Source: a virus. Taken from it: DNA of 64,000 nucleotides. The stretch's first letter is position 1. Every line of letters starts with the position of its first letter. Shown one piece after another: positions 37,847-47,541 of this stretch. A model generated the notes under the pieces. That model was not told where the DNA came from and did not search any database. It saw only the letters and a program-made list of their open reading frames with translations. The stretch covers positions 2,704-66,703 of the IMG/VR virus record IMGVR_UViG_3300023171_000013. One strand, 5' to 3'. Both the position numbers and the translations under genes were made by a program.

Positions 37847-39178
37847 TTAGTCCAAGATTTCCTGTCCACGAGTGTATGCGATCACCATGTTGGTTGATGA
37901 AGTGCGAATACGAGTAAGCACATTGGCAGGAATCTCTCCTGACAAGTTAAGATCGTCTGCCCCAGTAAAGGTGAGAAGTCCAATAGACTTGGAAACCTGC
38001 GAAACCGTCACCCACGTTGAACCGCCATTGCTGGAATATTCCAAGAACGCAGAGCCCGAACCACTCAGAAGCGCAGCAAGGCTCCACGAAACATTGATTG
38101 AATAATTCAACCTAGCACGGCGAGTAGATGAAACGGTATAGTTGGAATTCAGCGAACGAGCTACATTATCATTTTGAACAATCGCTACTCGATCTACCGT
38201 AAGACTTCCACTTGTCGTAACATTTCCAGAAACAGTGAGAGTTGAAGATGAAATACCTACACTCGTTACGGTTCCGCCAGAATTAGTGTCTGTCGCGTTT
38301 ACTACATATGGGCTTCCACTAGTTCCACTTCCAGTTATTGTTACATTTGTGCCCTGAGAAATTCGACCATTGATTGTTGTAACAGTCCCTGCATTCCCAG
38401 TAATATTCGTTTGATCCCCAGTGTTTGTGCCGGATAGATTAGAACCAGAGATTGATCCCGATGCCGTTACAGACGATGGAGTAATTGTCCCAAGCGTAAT
38501 GGTAATTGCCGGAGTTGTCCCAGCATTAGCCACAGAACCACTCACCCCATTGGCCGAAGTAACGGATACGCTAGTTACCGTTCCCGTGGATGAAGTATAT
38601 CCATTGGGATTGCTCGCCCCATTATATGGGGTGTAGCCAAGGGCCGTAACAACATCACCACTGGCAATAGACTGCAAAGCGGAATCGGCTTTAACCAAAC
38701 TTGCAATAGTAGCCGAATCCAAGGCCAGTGTGCGATTTGCCGAAAGACTTCCACCACCCGTCAATCCAGTTCCTGCCGTAATCGTGGTTGCCTTGTCTGC
38801 CTTACCACTAATATCCACAGCAGCAGCAGCCGTGGTTGCCGCGTTATCAGCATACGTCTGCGTCGCGTAGTTAGTGACAACATCCGTGGGCGTTGGCATG
38901 GTGTCAGGATCGAGTTGAATAATCTCCCCCGTAACAACCATGAAACCGGCGGTTGTATCAAACTGATACGTCTTATATGCAGAACCATTCCAACCAAACA
39001 ATAACGGATTAGTGGGAGTGTCCCAAGCTGGATCAGTAAGTTGATAAATGTCATACGCCGAGTTATCGGCACGCCGCTTATCAAATCTAAAATCATTTGC
39101 AGCGGCAAACATCGAGCCCGTGCCGAAGCAGAGAACCGCGATAATCGAGAATAATAGAAGGGATGATCTTGTCTTCAT
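37847..39178 (-). CDS. Ser/Thr/Gly-rich fibre-like protein with a signal-peptide-like N-terminus
   Basis: AGTGLTGGGSLSANRTL, ALGYTPY, GTVTSV and SGTNTGDQ fibre repeats; probable ATG at 39178. Confidence 0.7.
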   Translation of the reverse strand: MKTRSSLLLFSIIAVLCFGTGSMFAAANDFRFDKRRADNSAYDIYQLTDPAWDTPTNPLLFGWNGSAYKTYQFDTTAGFMVVTGEIIQLDPDTMPTPTDVVTNYATQTYADNAATTAAAAVDISGKADKATTITAGTGLTGGGSLSANRTLALDSATIASLVKADSALQSIASGDVVTALGYTPYNGASNPNGYTSSTGTVTSVSVTSANGVSGSVANAGTTPAITITLGTITPSSVTASGSISGSNLSGTNTGDQTNITGNAGTVTTINGRISQGTNVTITGSGTSGSPYVVNATDTNSGGTVTSVGISSSTLTVSGNVTTSGSLTVDRVAIVQNDNVARSLNSNYTVSSTRRARLNYSINVSWSLAALLSGSGSAFLEYSSNGGSTWVTVSQVSKSIGLLTFTGADDLNLSGEIPANVLTRIRTSSTNMVIAYTRGQEILD

Positions 39179-39188
39179 GGAATAAAAA

Positions 39189-42100
39189 TTAAGGAGAAAC
39201 GACAGCAGCCCAAGTGTTAGCTGCCATCTTTTGGAACGAAACACTCTCGTTTACATTGAGCGTGGTCGGATTACCAAGAATCGTCGTGGCATTGGCCACT
39301 GTTAGGGCCGTGATCTGCTGGGTCGTAAAAATGCGCTCAACTTGCCCTATGCGACTGTTAGCATTACTAGGTAGATTCACCGTAAGCGCAGCAAGCGTTC
39401 CAGCGGGCGTGAGGTAGAGCGTGTTGTCCACCGCATTGTCCGTCATGCTCACTGTTTGCCCAGTGGTAGGAGTAACGGTTTGAACCGTGGCCAAAACAGC
39501 TTTTTCGAGACTCGTAAGCGGTGTTCCAATAAATGGAAGAATAACCCCTTCAACCATTCCAGCAAAATCAGAATAGCCAGCACCGTTTGGATGCAGCGTA
39601 TCGTAATTAAATCCGAGAGATACGGCGTTAGCATACGAAGTATAACGGGCATCCGAATCAACGAAAATCGCACCACGATTGGCCGCGACTGTCTTCATCG
39701 CCGTGATGTAAGAGGCCCATAGCGCGGGACGATTCGCCGTGGTAAACGGAATCGGAGCCGCGATGATTACAGAACCTGATAGCAGAGCCTTCACAACAAT
39801 CGCATCTAGGTTCGTCTGATACGTAGCGGCAGGCACATTCGCCACGACATCATTAATGCCGATATTGATTAGCGTAAGATCGGGAGCCAGTGTGCCTAGC
39901 GTGATGAGCGGCCCCCAAGTGGCTGAACCGTCGTTGAAGTTTCCACTCGTGTATCCACCGATACCTACGTTTATGACCGAAATATTCGGTGCGGTCGAAT
40001 CGTATGCAATCATGCTCACGACAAAGCAAGAGCCGGATACACGCTTCGCATTTAACGTATGCACGCCAAGCGGACAACTGATGGTCTGCTTGGAAATCGT
40101 GGACGCCCCGTTCGCCGTAATCGTTGCCAATGCCGCTCCTCCATCTACGTCAATCGTGAAAACGCCGCCACTACCATTAACATACATCACCTCGATGGTA
40201 TCGAATCGCTCAGTGGCAGTGAATGCTAACGCATTTGTCGTAGTATTGTTGAAGAAGCAAAGATACTGGTAAGTCTCGACCCAGCCCGCACCAATGGAAA
40301 GCCGAGGATCATAACCAGCAAACGCACCTCCTGTGTTTCCACTCAGCCATGAAGAATTGCGTGCGGAGTAACCAGCCGCAGTAAGACTGGCCACTAACTG
40401 GCTGGGATAGGAAAGAGCTTTGCAATTCGCATACGTTGCAGCCCCAGTTGACCCGAAGCCAGCGGTATTAGAATCGCCGAGGGCCACAATCTTAACGTTG
40501 GTCTTGGCTCCTGTGCGCAGCTTGGCAATAGCCGCGCGTGCCTTATCCAGATTCGCCGAGATGATTTGGTCGGAACTCCTAGCTCCATCGGCATCAATCA
40601 ACTTACCAATCGTCGCAGCCTTAATATCGGCTGTTGTGGCAATGTCGGCAGACGACAAATATCCATGACCCCATTTCTGCCACGAAGAACCGTTATAAAT
40701 CTGAACTCCATCACCTGCCGTAGTGCTGAAAATCGTGTCCCACGTTGCAGGAGTAATGGATGCCTTTGTAACAGGCATATCATGGCCAATCCAGCGAATG
40801 GTGCCAGCATCTTTAACCATCGTAGAACCACTGCCCCCAACGCTCAAATTGCCGGAGCTTTTTACGATTACATTTGATGCTGCGTTTGCACATCTAACAA
40901 TCGTAGAAGTTATTCCAGAAAATGAATTTCCTGAAATGGTTAGGCTTGCTGGACATTGGAAATAGAAACAAGTTACGTTTCCATTTACGACATTTCCTGT
41001 GAAAACTACATTGATAGCAGGAGTTACAGACTGTGTATTCACGACTCTATCTAGTCCGTAAATAACTGAGTTTCCAATGATTGCGTTAACTATGGTTCCA
41101 GACGATACGGTAGAAGCTACAGCGAATGCAGTTCCAACAGTTTTGATATTGCAGTCTGAAATATCTAAGTTAGTTAATGTTCCTGATACTTGAACTATGT
41201 GTGAAGTCAGGGCTACGCTAGATAGAAAGTCTAGCCCTCGAATGGAAAGATTCGTGACGGTTCCGACAATATTACCAAGAACAGACGTAGATCCGCCAGC
41301 TTGTTTGATAAGCCAGTCAGTAAACACAACATCAGTCATTGTGGAGCCTGAACTTGAAAGAAGTAGGGAAACTGCTGAAGTAAGCGGGTTCAGAACTACG
41401 CCGGTGGCACGTAAATATTGAGTGCTACAAACATTCCCTTGGGGATTCGTCCCTTGCTGATTGAAGAGATTGCTGGACTGTGATTTAGCAGAAAGTCCAT
41501 CAATGGAAACAGATCGAATGTCGTTCCCAAGAATCACATAAGCGTAAGTCTCTGCCTTTACGCCTGAAATAGAGATGTCTTCAACGATTCCAAGCCCTCC
41601 ATAGGTATGGCCTGGTGTCTCAAGGTCCAAATCTTGAGTCATATTAAAAATGACTGGACCGTCGCTTTTCACATCACGAACTACGATGTGCTGAACATAA
41701 GACGCGTTAGTCGCGCCAGCTAAAAACTTAACCGTCGTGCGATTAGGATTATTGATAGATGTTATTCCCTCAACAAGTCCGAAAGTAATGGGACCAGCCT
41801 TTGGCGTAGAGGTAGTCCAATCCATCGCATTGAGTGCCACCACATCATCACCAAGCGTATCCGCTCGGATGCCCCGGATCACGAAGTTATCCGATTTTGA
41901 GATGTGCATACCGTCCTTGTAGCATCGGTCGAAGAAGATATTCTCTGCACGCCAATATGAACCCATGATCTGGATTCCGAACCCACCAGAGTCATACACA
42001 CGGACATTCTCAACAATTAGGTTTGTTACACCAATGAAACTCATCGTTCCGCGGGCGCCCAGAAGAGGGCTTACCTTGTCAGTTGGAGCGTAAGCGGTGT

Positions 42101-42623
42101 TTCCTCCTCGGTAATTGTAATCCCACGTTCCACCGCGAACCGTAATATTTGTATCCGTATATGGAGCATCCAATAGCATGTTGCGATTCCGCAGCATGCA
42201 TACCTGCGCGGTGCTCGTTGATCGGATTGTAGCAGCACTTTCCATTTCAAGAGTTACGCCGGAATCAATCAAGAGGCGGTTGGAAATCATATATGCCCCC
42301 GTGCTAGCTGGAACAAATACGGTGCCACCACCTGCTGCGAATGTCGCATCTAGTGCGGCTTGAATAGCCAAAGTGTCGTCAGTTGTTCCATCGCCTTTTG
42401 CTCCATAAGGAGAATTTTTGACATTTATGAATCCAAGCGCAGATACACCAATTGATCCAGAAACCTTCTGCTCTGCATTAAACGCAGTTTTGGCAATCAA
42501 TACATCAAATGGCTGCCAGCCATTAGGCATCGCTGCCGTTGCGCCAGTTAGCTTCTGCTCTTGAAGCAAGGCGCGAACATTGTCGTCCGGTGTAATGTTT
42601 TCATTAAAAGTAGGTGTAGCCAT
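39189..42623 (-). CDS. Tailspike: pectate-lyase-like beta-helix plus SGNH esterase
   Basis: YGAKGDGTTDDTLAIQAA...GGGTVFVP; LGDSNTAG, G, IGIND and DTLHPN SGNH blocks. Confidence 0.88.
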   Translation of the reverse strand: MATPTFNENITPDDNVRALLQEQKLTGATAAMPNGWQPFDVLIAKTAFNAEQKVSGSIGVSALGFINVKNSPYGAKGDGTTDDTLAIQAALDATFAAGGGTVFVPASTGAYMISNRLLIDSGVTLEMESAATIRSTSTAQVCMLRNRNMLLDAPYTDTNITVRGGTWDYNYRGGNTAYAPTDKVSPLLGARGTMSFIGVTNLIVENVRVYDSGGFGIQIMGSYWRAENIFFDRCYKDGMHISKSDNFVIRGIRADTLGDDVVALNAMDWTTSTPKAGPITFGLVEGITSINNPNRTTVKFLAGATNASYVQHIVVRDVKSDGPVIFNMTQDLDLETPGHTYGGLGIVEDISISGVKAETYAYVILGNDIRSVSIDGLSAKSQSSNLFNQQGTNPQGNVCSTQYLRATGVVLNPLTSAVSLLLSSSGSTMTDVVFTDWLIKQAGGSTSVLGNIVGTVTNLSIRGLDFLSSVALTSHIVQVSGTLTNLDISDCNIKTVGTAFAVASTVSSGTIVNAIIGNSVIYGLDRVVNTQSVTPAINVVFTGNVVNGNVTCFYFQCPASLTISGNSFSGITSTIVRCANAASNVIVKSSGNLSVGGSGSTMVKDAGTIRWIGHDMPVTKASITPATWDTIFSTTAGDGVQIYNGSSWQKWGHGYLSSADIATTADIKAATIGKLIDADGARSSDQIISANLDKARAAIAKLRTGAKTNVKIVALGDSNTAGFGSTGAATYANCKALSYPSQLVASLTAAGYSARNSSWLSGNTGGAFAGYDPRLSIGAGWVETYQYLCFFNNTTTNALAFTATERFDTIEVMYVNGSGGVFTIDVDGGAALATITANGASTISKQTISCPLGVHTLNAKRVSGSCFVVSMIAYDSTAPNISVINVGIGGYTSGNFNDGSATWGPLITLGTLAPDLTLINIGINDVVANVPAATYQTNLDAIVVKALLSGSVIIAAPIPFTTANRPALWASYITAMKTVAANRGAIFVDSDARYTSYANAVSLGFNYDTLHPNGAGYSDFAGMVEGVILPFIGTPLTSLEKAVLATVQTVTPTTGQTVSMTDNAVDNTLYLTPAGTLAALTVNLPSNANSRIGQVERIFTTQQITALTVANATTILGNPTTLNVNESVSFQKMAANTWAAVVSP

Positions 42624-42668
42624 AGTATGGCCAAAACTCATCCATTAATTGGTTAAACAGTCAACCCA

Positions 42669-42857
42669 TTATTTACGTTTAACCAACCGTGCAGTGAGTA
42701 GAACCGCCTTCATTTGCAAATCTCTATCATTCCCCTTGCAGGCGCACACATCTCCACACTCCACCCCTTGCTGTATGCAAAGTAGCCGCAAGTTTACCAC
42801 GAGCTTGAGCCATAGACTATTCTCGTTATCTTGCTGGCTTGGTAGTGCTGGTTGCAT
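42669..42857 (-). CDS. Small putative virion protein
   Basis: 62-aa ATG ORF between the capsid and tailspike genes. Confidence 0.5.
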   Translation of the reverse strand: MQPALPSQQDNENSLWLKLVVNLRLLCIQQGVECGDVCACKGNDRDLQMKAVLLTARLVKRK

Positions 42858-42907
42858 AGGAGTTACTTGGTTGACATTAGGGGATTTCGGTAAAGTTTTG
42901 GCAAACT

Positions 42908-43630
42908 ATGGCATTCAAAAAACACTTCTTAGCTGGGCAGAAATTCGGCAGGCTTACAATGATAGACATATCCGGTAAGGGAACGGGCGGAAAATATATG
43001 TGGAACGCAGTCTGTGACTGTGGGACCAAAAAAGCCGTAAGCCAAAAAGACGTGCTCAACGGAAAAGTAGCCTCTTGTGGCTGCATTAGAACTGAACAGA
43101 TTGTTAAACGTAGCACAACGCACGGTGGTTGTCCTCGTGATTCCAGTGGACACCATTGGCTCTACGGCACATGGCAAAACATAATTACCCGATGCTTTGA
43201 CCCAACCGCAAAAGCCTATTCCGCCTATGGGGCTGTTGGAAAAGGATGCTATGAACCATGGAGAGAATTTTCAGTATTCCGCGATTACATTGAAACCGAA
43301 CTTGGCCCTAAGCCTACGGACAAACACACCCTTGACCGCATAGATGGAACCAAGGGTTATTTCCCAAATAACATCCGGTGGAATACGCCAAGCGGACAGG
43401 CCCGAAATCGTTCATCCTGTCACTATCTTACCCATGAGGGGATCACCATGACAATGACTGAATGGAGCGAGAAAACGGGCATTCCTTACAGCGCATTACA
43501 GACTAGAATCAAGCATCTTAAATGGACCATAGAACGTGCCTTAACTACCCCAGTAATGAAGAACAAAAGGCGGGATGAAAAGACCTATATAGATTCACAA
43601 TGGGTTAATGGATTACTCTCTATGAGCTAA
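42908..43630 (+). CDS. HNH homing endonuclease, antisense insertion
   Basis: FGRLT...WNAVCDCG...SCGC and TLDRIDGTKGYFPNNIRW motifs; paralogue of 27328-28038. Confidence 0.9.
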   Translation: MAFKKHFLAGQKFGRLTMIDISGKGTGGKYMWNAVCDCGTKKAVSQKDVLNGKVASCGCIRTEQIVKRSTTHGGCPRDSSGHHWLYGTWQNIITRCFDPTAKAYSAYGAVGKGCYEPWREFSVFRDYIETELGPKPTDKHTLDRIDGTKGYFPNNIRWNTPSGQARNRSSCHYLTHEGITMTMTEWSEKTGIPYSALQTRIKHLKWTIERALTTPVMKNKRRDEKTYIDSQWVNGLLSMS

Positions 43631-43634
43631 ATAA

Positions 43635-43662
43635 AAAGACTCCCTCAAACGAGGGAGTCTTT
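43635..43662. terminator. Bidirectional intrinsic terminator
   Basis: AAAGACTCCCTC-AAAC-GAGGGAGTCTTT between the convergent HNH and capsid genes. Confidence 0.85.
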
Positions 43663-43698
43663 GCTTTAACGGCGTCTTCTAATAACTTTATAAGTTAT

Positions 43699-44928
43699 TT
43701 AGATAGAGTCAGTAACAATATCATCGCAGGTGATATTTAGACCCAAATCTTGCGCACAGCGCTTATAGAGAATTGGGATCACTCCGTGTGGTCGGCGTGA
43801 TTGAAAGGCTCTGGCAATTTGATACAAAAAATTTCCGAAGTCTCCAAACTTGTTACACGAATCCTTAGCATAGAACCAGCTTAGTTCGCCCATAACAAAC
43901 TGCGCATCAAACTTCATCAAGCCTTCACCAATGAAACGCTCGGGGACGAGACGCTTGAAAGTGCCCTTGGAAATCAGGAAGCCTACTTCATACTGCGCAT
44001 TCACCCAGTCAGGGTTAGTAGCGTTTTCCACACCGTAGTCAGTAACCGTCTCTACGAGAGGCTCAATGAAGTTAGGGAAACCAGAACCATTGACCGTATT
44101 GAAACGAAGCGGCTGTTGGTCAATGGCCATCTTGATCTGACGGTAAGGGAACTCAACGAAGGCATACTTCATCAGAGCGTCCTTGGTATCCTTGAAGGAA
44201 CCAGCCACGGCAGCGAGCACGTCCTGCTTCACACCAGCCTCATTGCGGAGAGCTTCCACCTGCTCAGAACCGGCAACAAAGATGAAGTGCTGTCCAGCAC
44301 CATCACCGAAGAACTCAGGCGAGAGATTATCGCGCATATAGTTCGAGAGAGCCACGAGGAACTTGTAGGTCACAGGAGCCGAAGGAACACCACCAAGGAA
44401 GTTCACAGCCACCTGATTGTAGCCACCAGTCAGAATCTGACCAAGGGAGGTTGCACCCGTATTCAACACAGCCTTAACACCCGAAAGGGTAAGAAGCTGG
44501 GCGCGAATGTCAGCCGAGTTCAGGGTCTTAACGGCGTCCTTGAGATTCATTTCCGCAACGCGGTAGGAATCCAGAACGGCGTAACGAGCCTGATTCAAAC
44601 AGATCACCGGACCTTCACCACGCAGCGTTTGCAGCTTGGTCGTAAATTCGGTCTGTCCATACTTGGCAACGGGGCCGGAAGTATTACACTGTTCAATGGT
44701 GTCAGCAAAGGAAGGAACCGTGAGGCTCTGTCCAGTCACCATGCGGTTAGTAACAAGAGTGCGGATTTCCGTTCCCGAGTTATTGGGAGTGGTTCCACCT
44801 TCGATGACATTAGCATAAGGATCGTTAAGCGCGATGTAGCGAATAACTTCCTGACGGAGAGAAGAAACCTGATTGGCGATGCCTTGGGAGTATTGCTCCG
44901 GGGTCAGATCGCAGTATGAAGTAGCCAT
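43699..44928 (-). CDS. Major capsid protein
   Basis: 409 aa, downstream of portal and scaffold, biased codon use, followed by a terminator. Confidence 0.75.
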   Translation of the reverse strand: MATSYCDLTPEQYSQGIANQVSSLRQEVIRYIALNDPYANVIEGGTTPNNSGTEIRTLVTNRMVTGQSLTVPSFADTIEQCNTSGPVAKYGQTEFTTKLQTLRGEGPVICLNQARYAVLDSYRVAEMNLKDAVKTLNSADIRAQLLTLSGVKAVLNTGATSLGQILTGGYNQVAVNFLGGVPSAPVTYKFLVALSNYMRDNLSPEFFGDGAGQHFIFVAGSEQVEALRNEAGVKQDVLAAVAGSFKDTKDALMKYAFVEFPYRQIKMAIDQQPLRFNTVNGSGFPNFIEPLVETVTDYGVENATNPDWVNAQYEVGFLISKGTFKRLVPERFIGEGLMKFDAQFVMGELSWFYAKDSCNKFGDFGNFLYQIARAFQSRRPHGVIPILYKRCAQDLGLNITCDDIVTDSI

Positions 44929-45147
44929 AAAATAAAACTATGAAATAAGAATTGAGTTGTTGGTGCGCAAACAGACAGGAACCGAAGCACCGTATTAAAC
45001 CGGCTCCATCTTTCTCCTGCTCCTTGGCGACTGGAACAATCATTCACCCTCCTTATGAGGGGCCATGTTTTATACCCTAGGCGACTTGCGGCGAATTGTG
45101 CCTACAACCGCGAATCTCAATTGGCACTCCTGACTAGAAACACTCGT

Positions 45148-45939
45148 TTAACCAACAGTCAATAACTTTTTACGCACAGCTTCAATTCCTTGCATCGTCT
45201 TGATTCCGTGGAGCCATACGCAAAAAATCTTTTCTCCGTATAGCGGATTGCTGGCCATGCCATATCCCTTGGCCTCCCACAAATACTCTTCGCCTTTCCA
45301 TGGATTATCATCAGTCCCCAACCTATAGTCGGAAAAGATCAGCCTGCTCGCCATCCCATTCCCGCACATATTGCCCGAGTGATAAGCGTCCCAACCTACG
45401 TTAGAAGGAGAATGAAGTATGCTGCGATTCTTCTTCCAGTAGTCGATAGCCATAATGCAATTCCCGTTGATGTGCTTCCCTCCTGCATCTCCTTTCTCTA
45501 ACCAAGGCCCAAGAACATACTTCCCGTTTTCTCGGCACTTCCACCACTCTGCCTTCAACTGGTCAATCCAATCCTTAACTAATGGAACACAATCGCACTC
45601 CATGAACATCACTGCATCTATGTTCAGTCCCTTTCTTTGCAGATTTATAGCCGCCCGCAGACTATCTCCCATCATTGCATTTGGTCCGGCAGGCCAGCCC
45701 TTTGCTACACGATCCGTCTTGTGCGTGATAACGTGCTCAAACTTGGTCATTACCATGTCCCTTAGAGCAGGATCAGGAACCATATCATAACGATGCGTAA
45801 GCATTACCACGACATCAGAACGTTTAACGTCCTCTAGGTCACAGATAAGCCGCAATAGTTCCTTCCCTTGGTGGTAGTCCAAGGGAGACATCTGCATATT
45901 AAGCAGAATCTTACCGCGTGCGGGAGAGGATTTTTTCAT
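45148..45939 (-). CDS. Glycosyltransferase-like protein (GT-A fold)
   Basis: GWPAGPNAM, VMFMECDCVPL (ExD) and HINGNC motifs. Confidence 0.6.
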   Translation of the reverse strand: MKKSSPARGKILLNMQMSPLDYHQGKELLRLICDLEDVKRSDVVVMLTHRYDMVPDPALRDMVMTKFEHVITHKTDRVAKGWPAGPNAMMGDSLRAAINLQRKGLNIDAVMFMECDCVPLVKDWIDQLKAEWWKCRENGKYVLGPWLEKGDAGGKHINGNCIMAIDYWKKNRSILHSPSNVGWDAYHSGNMCGNGMASRLIFSDYRLGTDDNPWKGEEYLWEAKGYGMASNPLYGEKIFCVWLHGIKTMQGIEAVRKKLLTVG

Positions 45940-46663
45940 ATTGTTCTTTTGCTTTGTCTGCTCCACCCCAACTCCAACCTTGAATCAGTTTGTTTGCTGG
46001 TGTTGGTTCTTTGTCTAAGTCGATAATTGCGTATCTCTCTGGACAATAAACTAGGCAGTAACTGCCGATAGTATTGAACTCAGAGAAATGGCAAGCTGGA
46101 TAGTTTCCGGGTTGTTTCAGAACCCACTCCGCAAATGGAATCCCATGCTTGAAGTCCATATGCTCGCGCAGTTCACGATAGGTATTCCGATGATGAACCG
46201 CAGGGTGCCGGGCCATCGTCTCATAGTTACACACCATACCTAGTGCTGCATTGGTAGGCCTCTGCCAGATATACCAAGGCTCACTCGGCTTGTAGGTGCG
46301 TATAAGCAACTGTGGCTTACCTTCCGTGAAGTAATCAGAAGGCGTTACCTCTTCCGTGAAGATACAGTCTGAGTCGATATGCAGGATGTAAGCCGCGTTT
46401 TTGCAGATAATATCGGCATTCATCTTCATCACCTGATGATGGTTAAACTCATAACCTTTCTTCGGGATATAGGTTTTCACCTCGATAGGTAAATCATCGC
46501 GCTCAAATCGGGATGCTAATGAAACAAACATCGCCGCATCATCCACGGGGCACACGATACTTACGCCGCCAAAGCCCTTAGCGAACTTCGCAATGGAGCG
46601 TATGCAGAACACTGCCCAATCGTAATCCTTACGATAGGTTACTAGCAGAATATCAGTTCTCAT
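45911..46663 (-). CDS. Glycosyltransferase-like protein (DUF6492-like)
   Basis: ILLVTYRKD, QVMKMNAD, YILHIDSDCIF (DxD) and FSEFNTIG motifs. Confidence 0.75.
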   Translation of the reverse strand: MRTDILLVTYRKDYDWAVFCIRSIAKFAKGFGGVSIVCPVDDAAMFVSLASRFERDDLPIEVKTYIPKKGYEFNHHQVMKMNADIICKNAAYILHIDSDCIFTEEVTPSDYFTEGKPQLLIRTYKPSEPWYIWQRPTNAALGMVCNYETMARHPAVHHRNTYRELREHMDFKHGIPFAEWVLKQPGNYPACHFSEFNTIGSYCLVYCPERYAIIDLDKEPTPANKLIQGWSWGGADKAKEQYEKILSRTR

Positions 46664-46664
46664 C

Positions 46665-47387
46665 TTAGTGGCGGGTAAATGGCATCACGAGTTTAGCTAG
46701 CTTCGTTCCTTTTTCAGCCAGCACCTTACCCAGCTTGTGCGCCGTTGCGTCAAAGAACCGATGACCTAACACCCTCACCTTGATTTCACCATGGAGCCAT
46801 TCAGCCCACTCGGGATACTCGGACAGGTAGGGAGGATTCTTGCAGGTATCCTTGAGATACTTCGCTACGTTCTTGCTGATCCAGAAAGCCGCGCCGCCGG
46901 TTCCGGCTACTTCCCCCGATTCCTCCTTATGATCCAGCGTAGCCACACAGGCCCATGCTTTGCTCAATTGTGCCGCGAGGCGAACGCGGTTAAGGGTGTC
47001 CGGCCCCTTGGCGTCCAGAATCACCCTGTCTTCAAGCAGAACCCCGTAGCCATTGTCAGGCAGTTCCTTTGCCAGCACAGCAAGCGCGTCGTTTACCGTG
47101 GGATTATCAGCATACTTTTCTTCAAAGACTACTCCCTTGACCTTTAGGTATGGGATTTCCTCGGGTCGATTGAGCAAGATTACTTTGCTTGCCGCGTTTA
47201 ACCACGAGTCAAGGGCGAGTTGCTGGATAGCTTGTGCCTGCTCTTTCTTCTTTCCTTTAGGCGGAAGTATCTTGGCTACGACAGCATTGTAACGAACTAG
47301 ACGATTATTAACGATATGCATTTTACTCTGATTTTTTTTGTTTCTTGAAATCTCCATCAGCATCACAGTGAACAGGCGGATAGCCAT
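46665..47387 (-). CDS. Divergent glycosyltransferase-like protein
   Basis: QQLALDSW...ILLN..EEI...PTVNDA...GVLLEDRVIL, a degenerate GT-A pattern; the start may be MHIVN. Confidence 0.45.
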   Translation of the reverse strand: MAIRLFTVMLMEISRNKKNQSKMHIVNNRLVRYNAVVAKILPPKGKKKEQAQAIQQLALDSWLNAASKVILLNRPEEIPYLKVKGVVFEEKYADNPTVNDALAVLAKELPDNGYGVLLEDRVILDAKGPDTLNRVRLAAQLSKAWACVATLDHKEESGEVAGTGGAAFWISKNVAKYLKDTCKNPPYLSEYPEWAEWLHGEIKVRVLGHRFFDATAHKLGKVLAEKGTKLAKLVMPFTRH

Positions 47388-47538
47388 GCTTACGGATATT
47401 CCAATGGCGCATAATGCGATTGGGTAGAATCACGATGATTCCCCATATCACATTGCCCAACAAACTGCACAATACAGCGACAAGGAAAAAGGTGAGCCAC
47501 GGATGCTCACCCATGAATTTTAAGGCTTCTGTATTCAT
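47323..47538 (-). CDS. Small membrane protein
   Basis: One long hydrophobic segment; GYPPVHCDADGDF tail. Confidence 0.6.
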   Translation of the reverse strand: MNTEALKFMGEHPWLTFFLVAVLCSLLGNVIWGIIVILPNRIMRHWNIRKHGYPPVHCDADGDFKKQKKSE

Positions 47539-47541
47539 AGA

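Noticed and set aside
29803-42623. Diversity-generating retroelement acting on tail fibres
   Set aside because: No reverse transcriptase was seen, and no near-identical template/variable repeat pair differing at adenines.
44116-44919. 267-aa plus-strand ORF
   Set aside because: Antisense to the major capsid gene and explained by codon bias; the same applies to 21324-22247 and 8096-8644.
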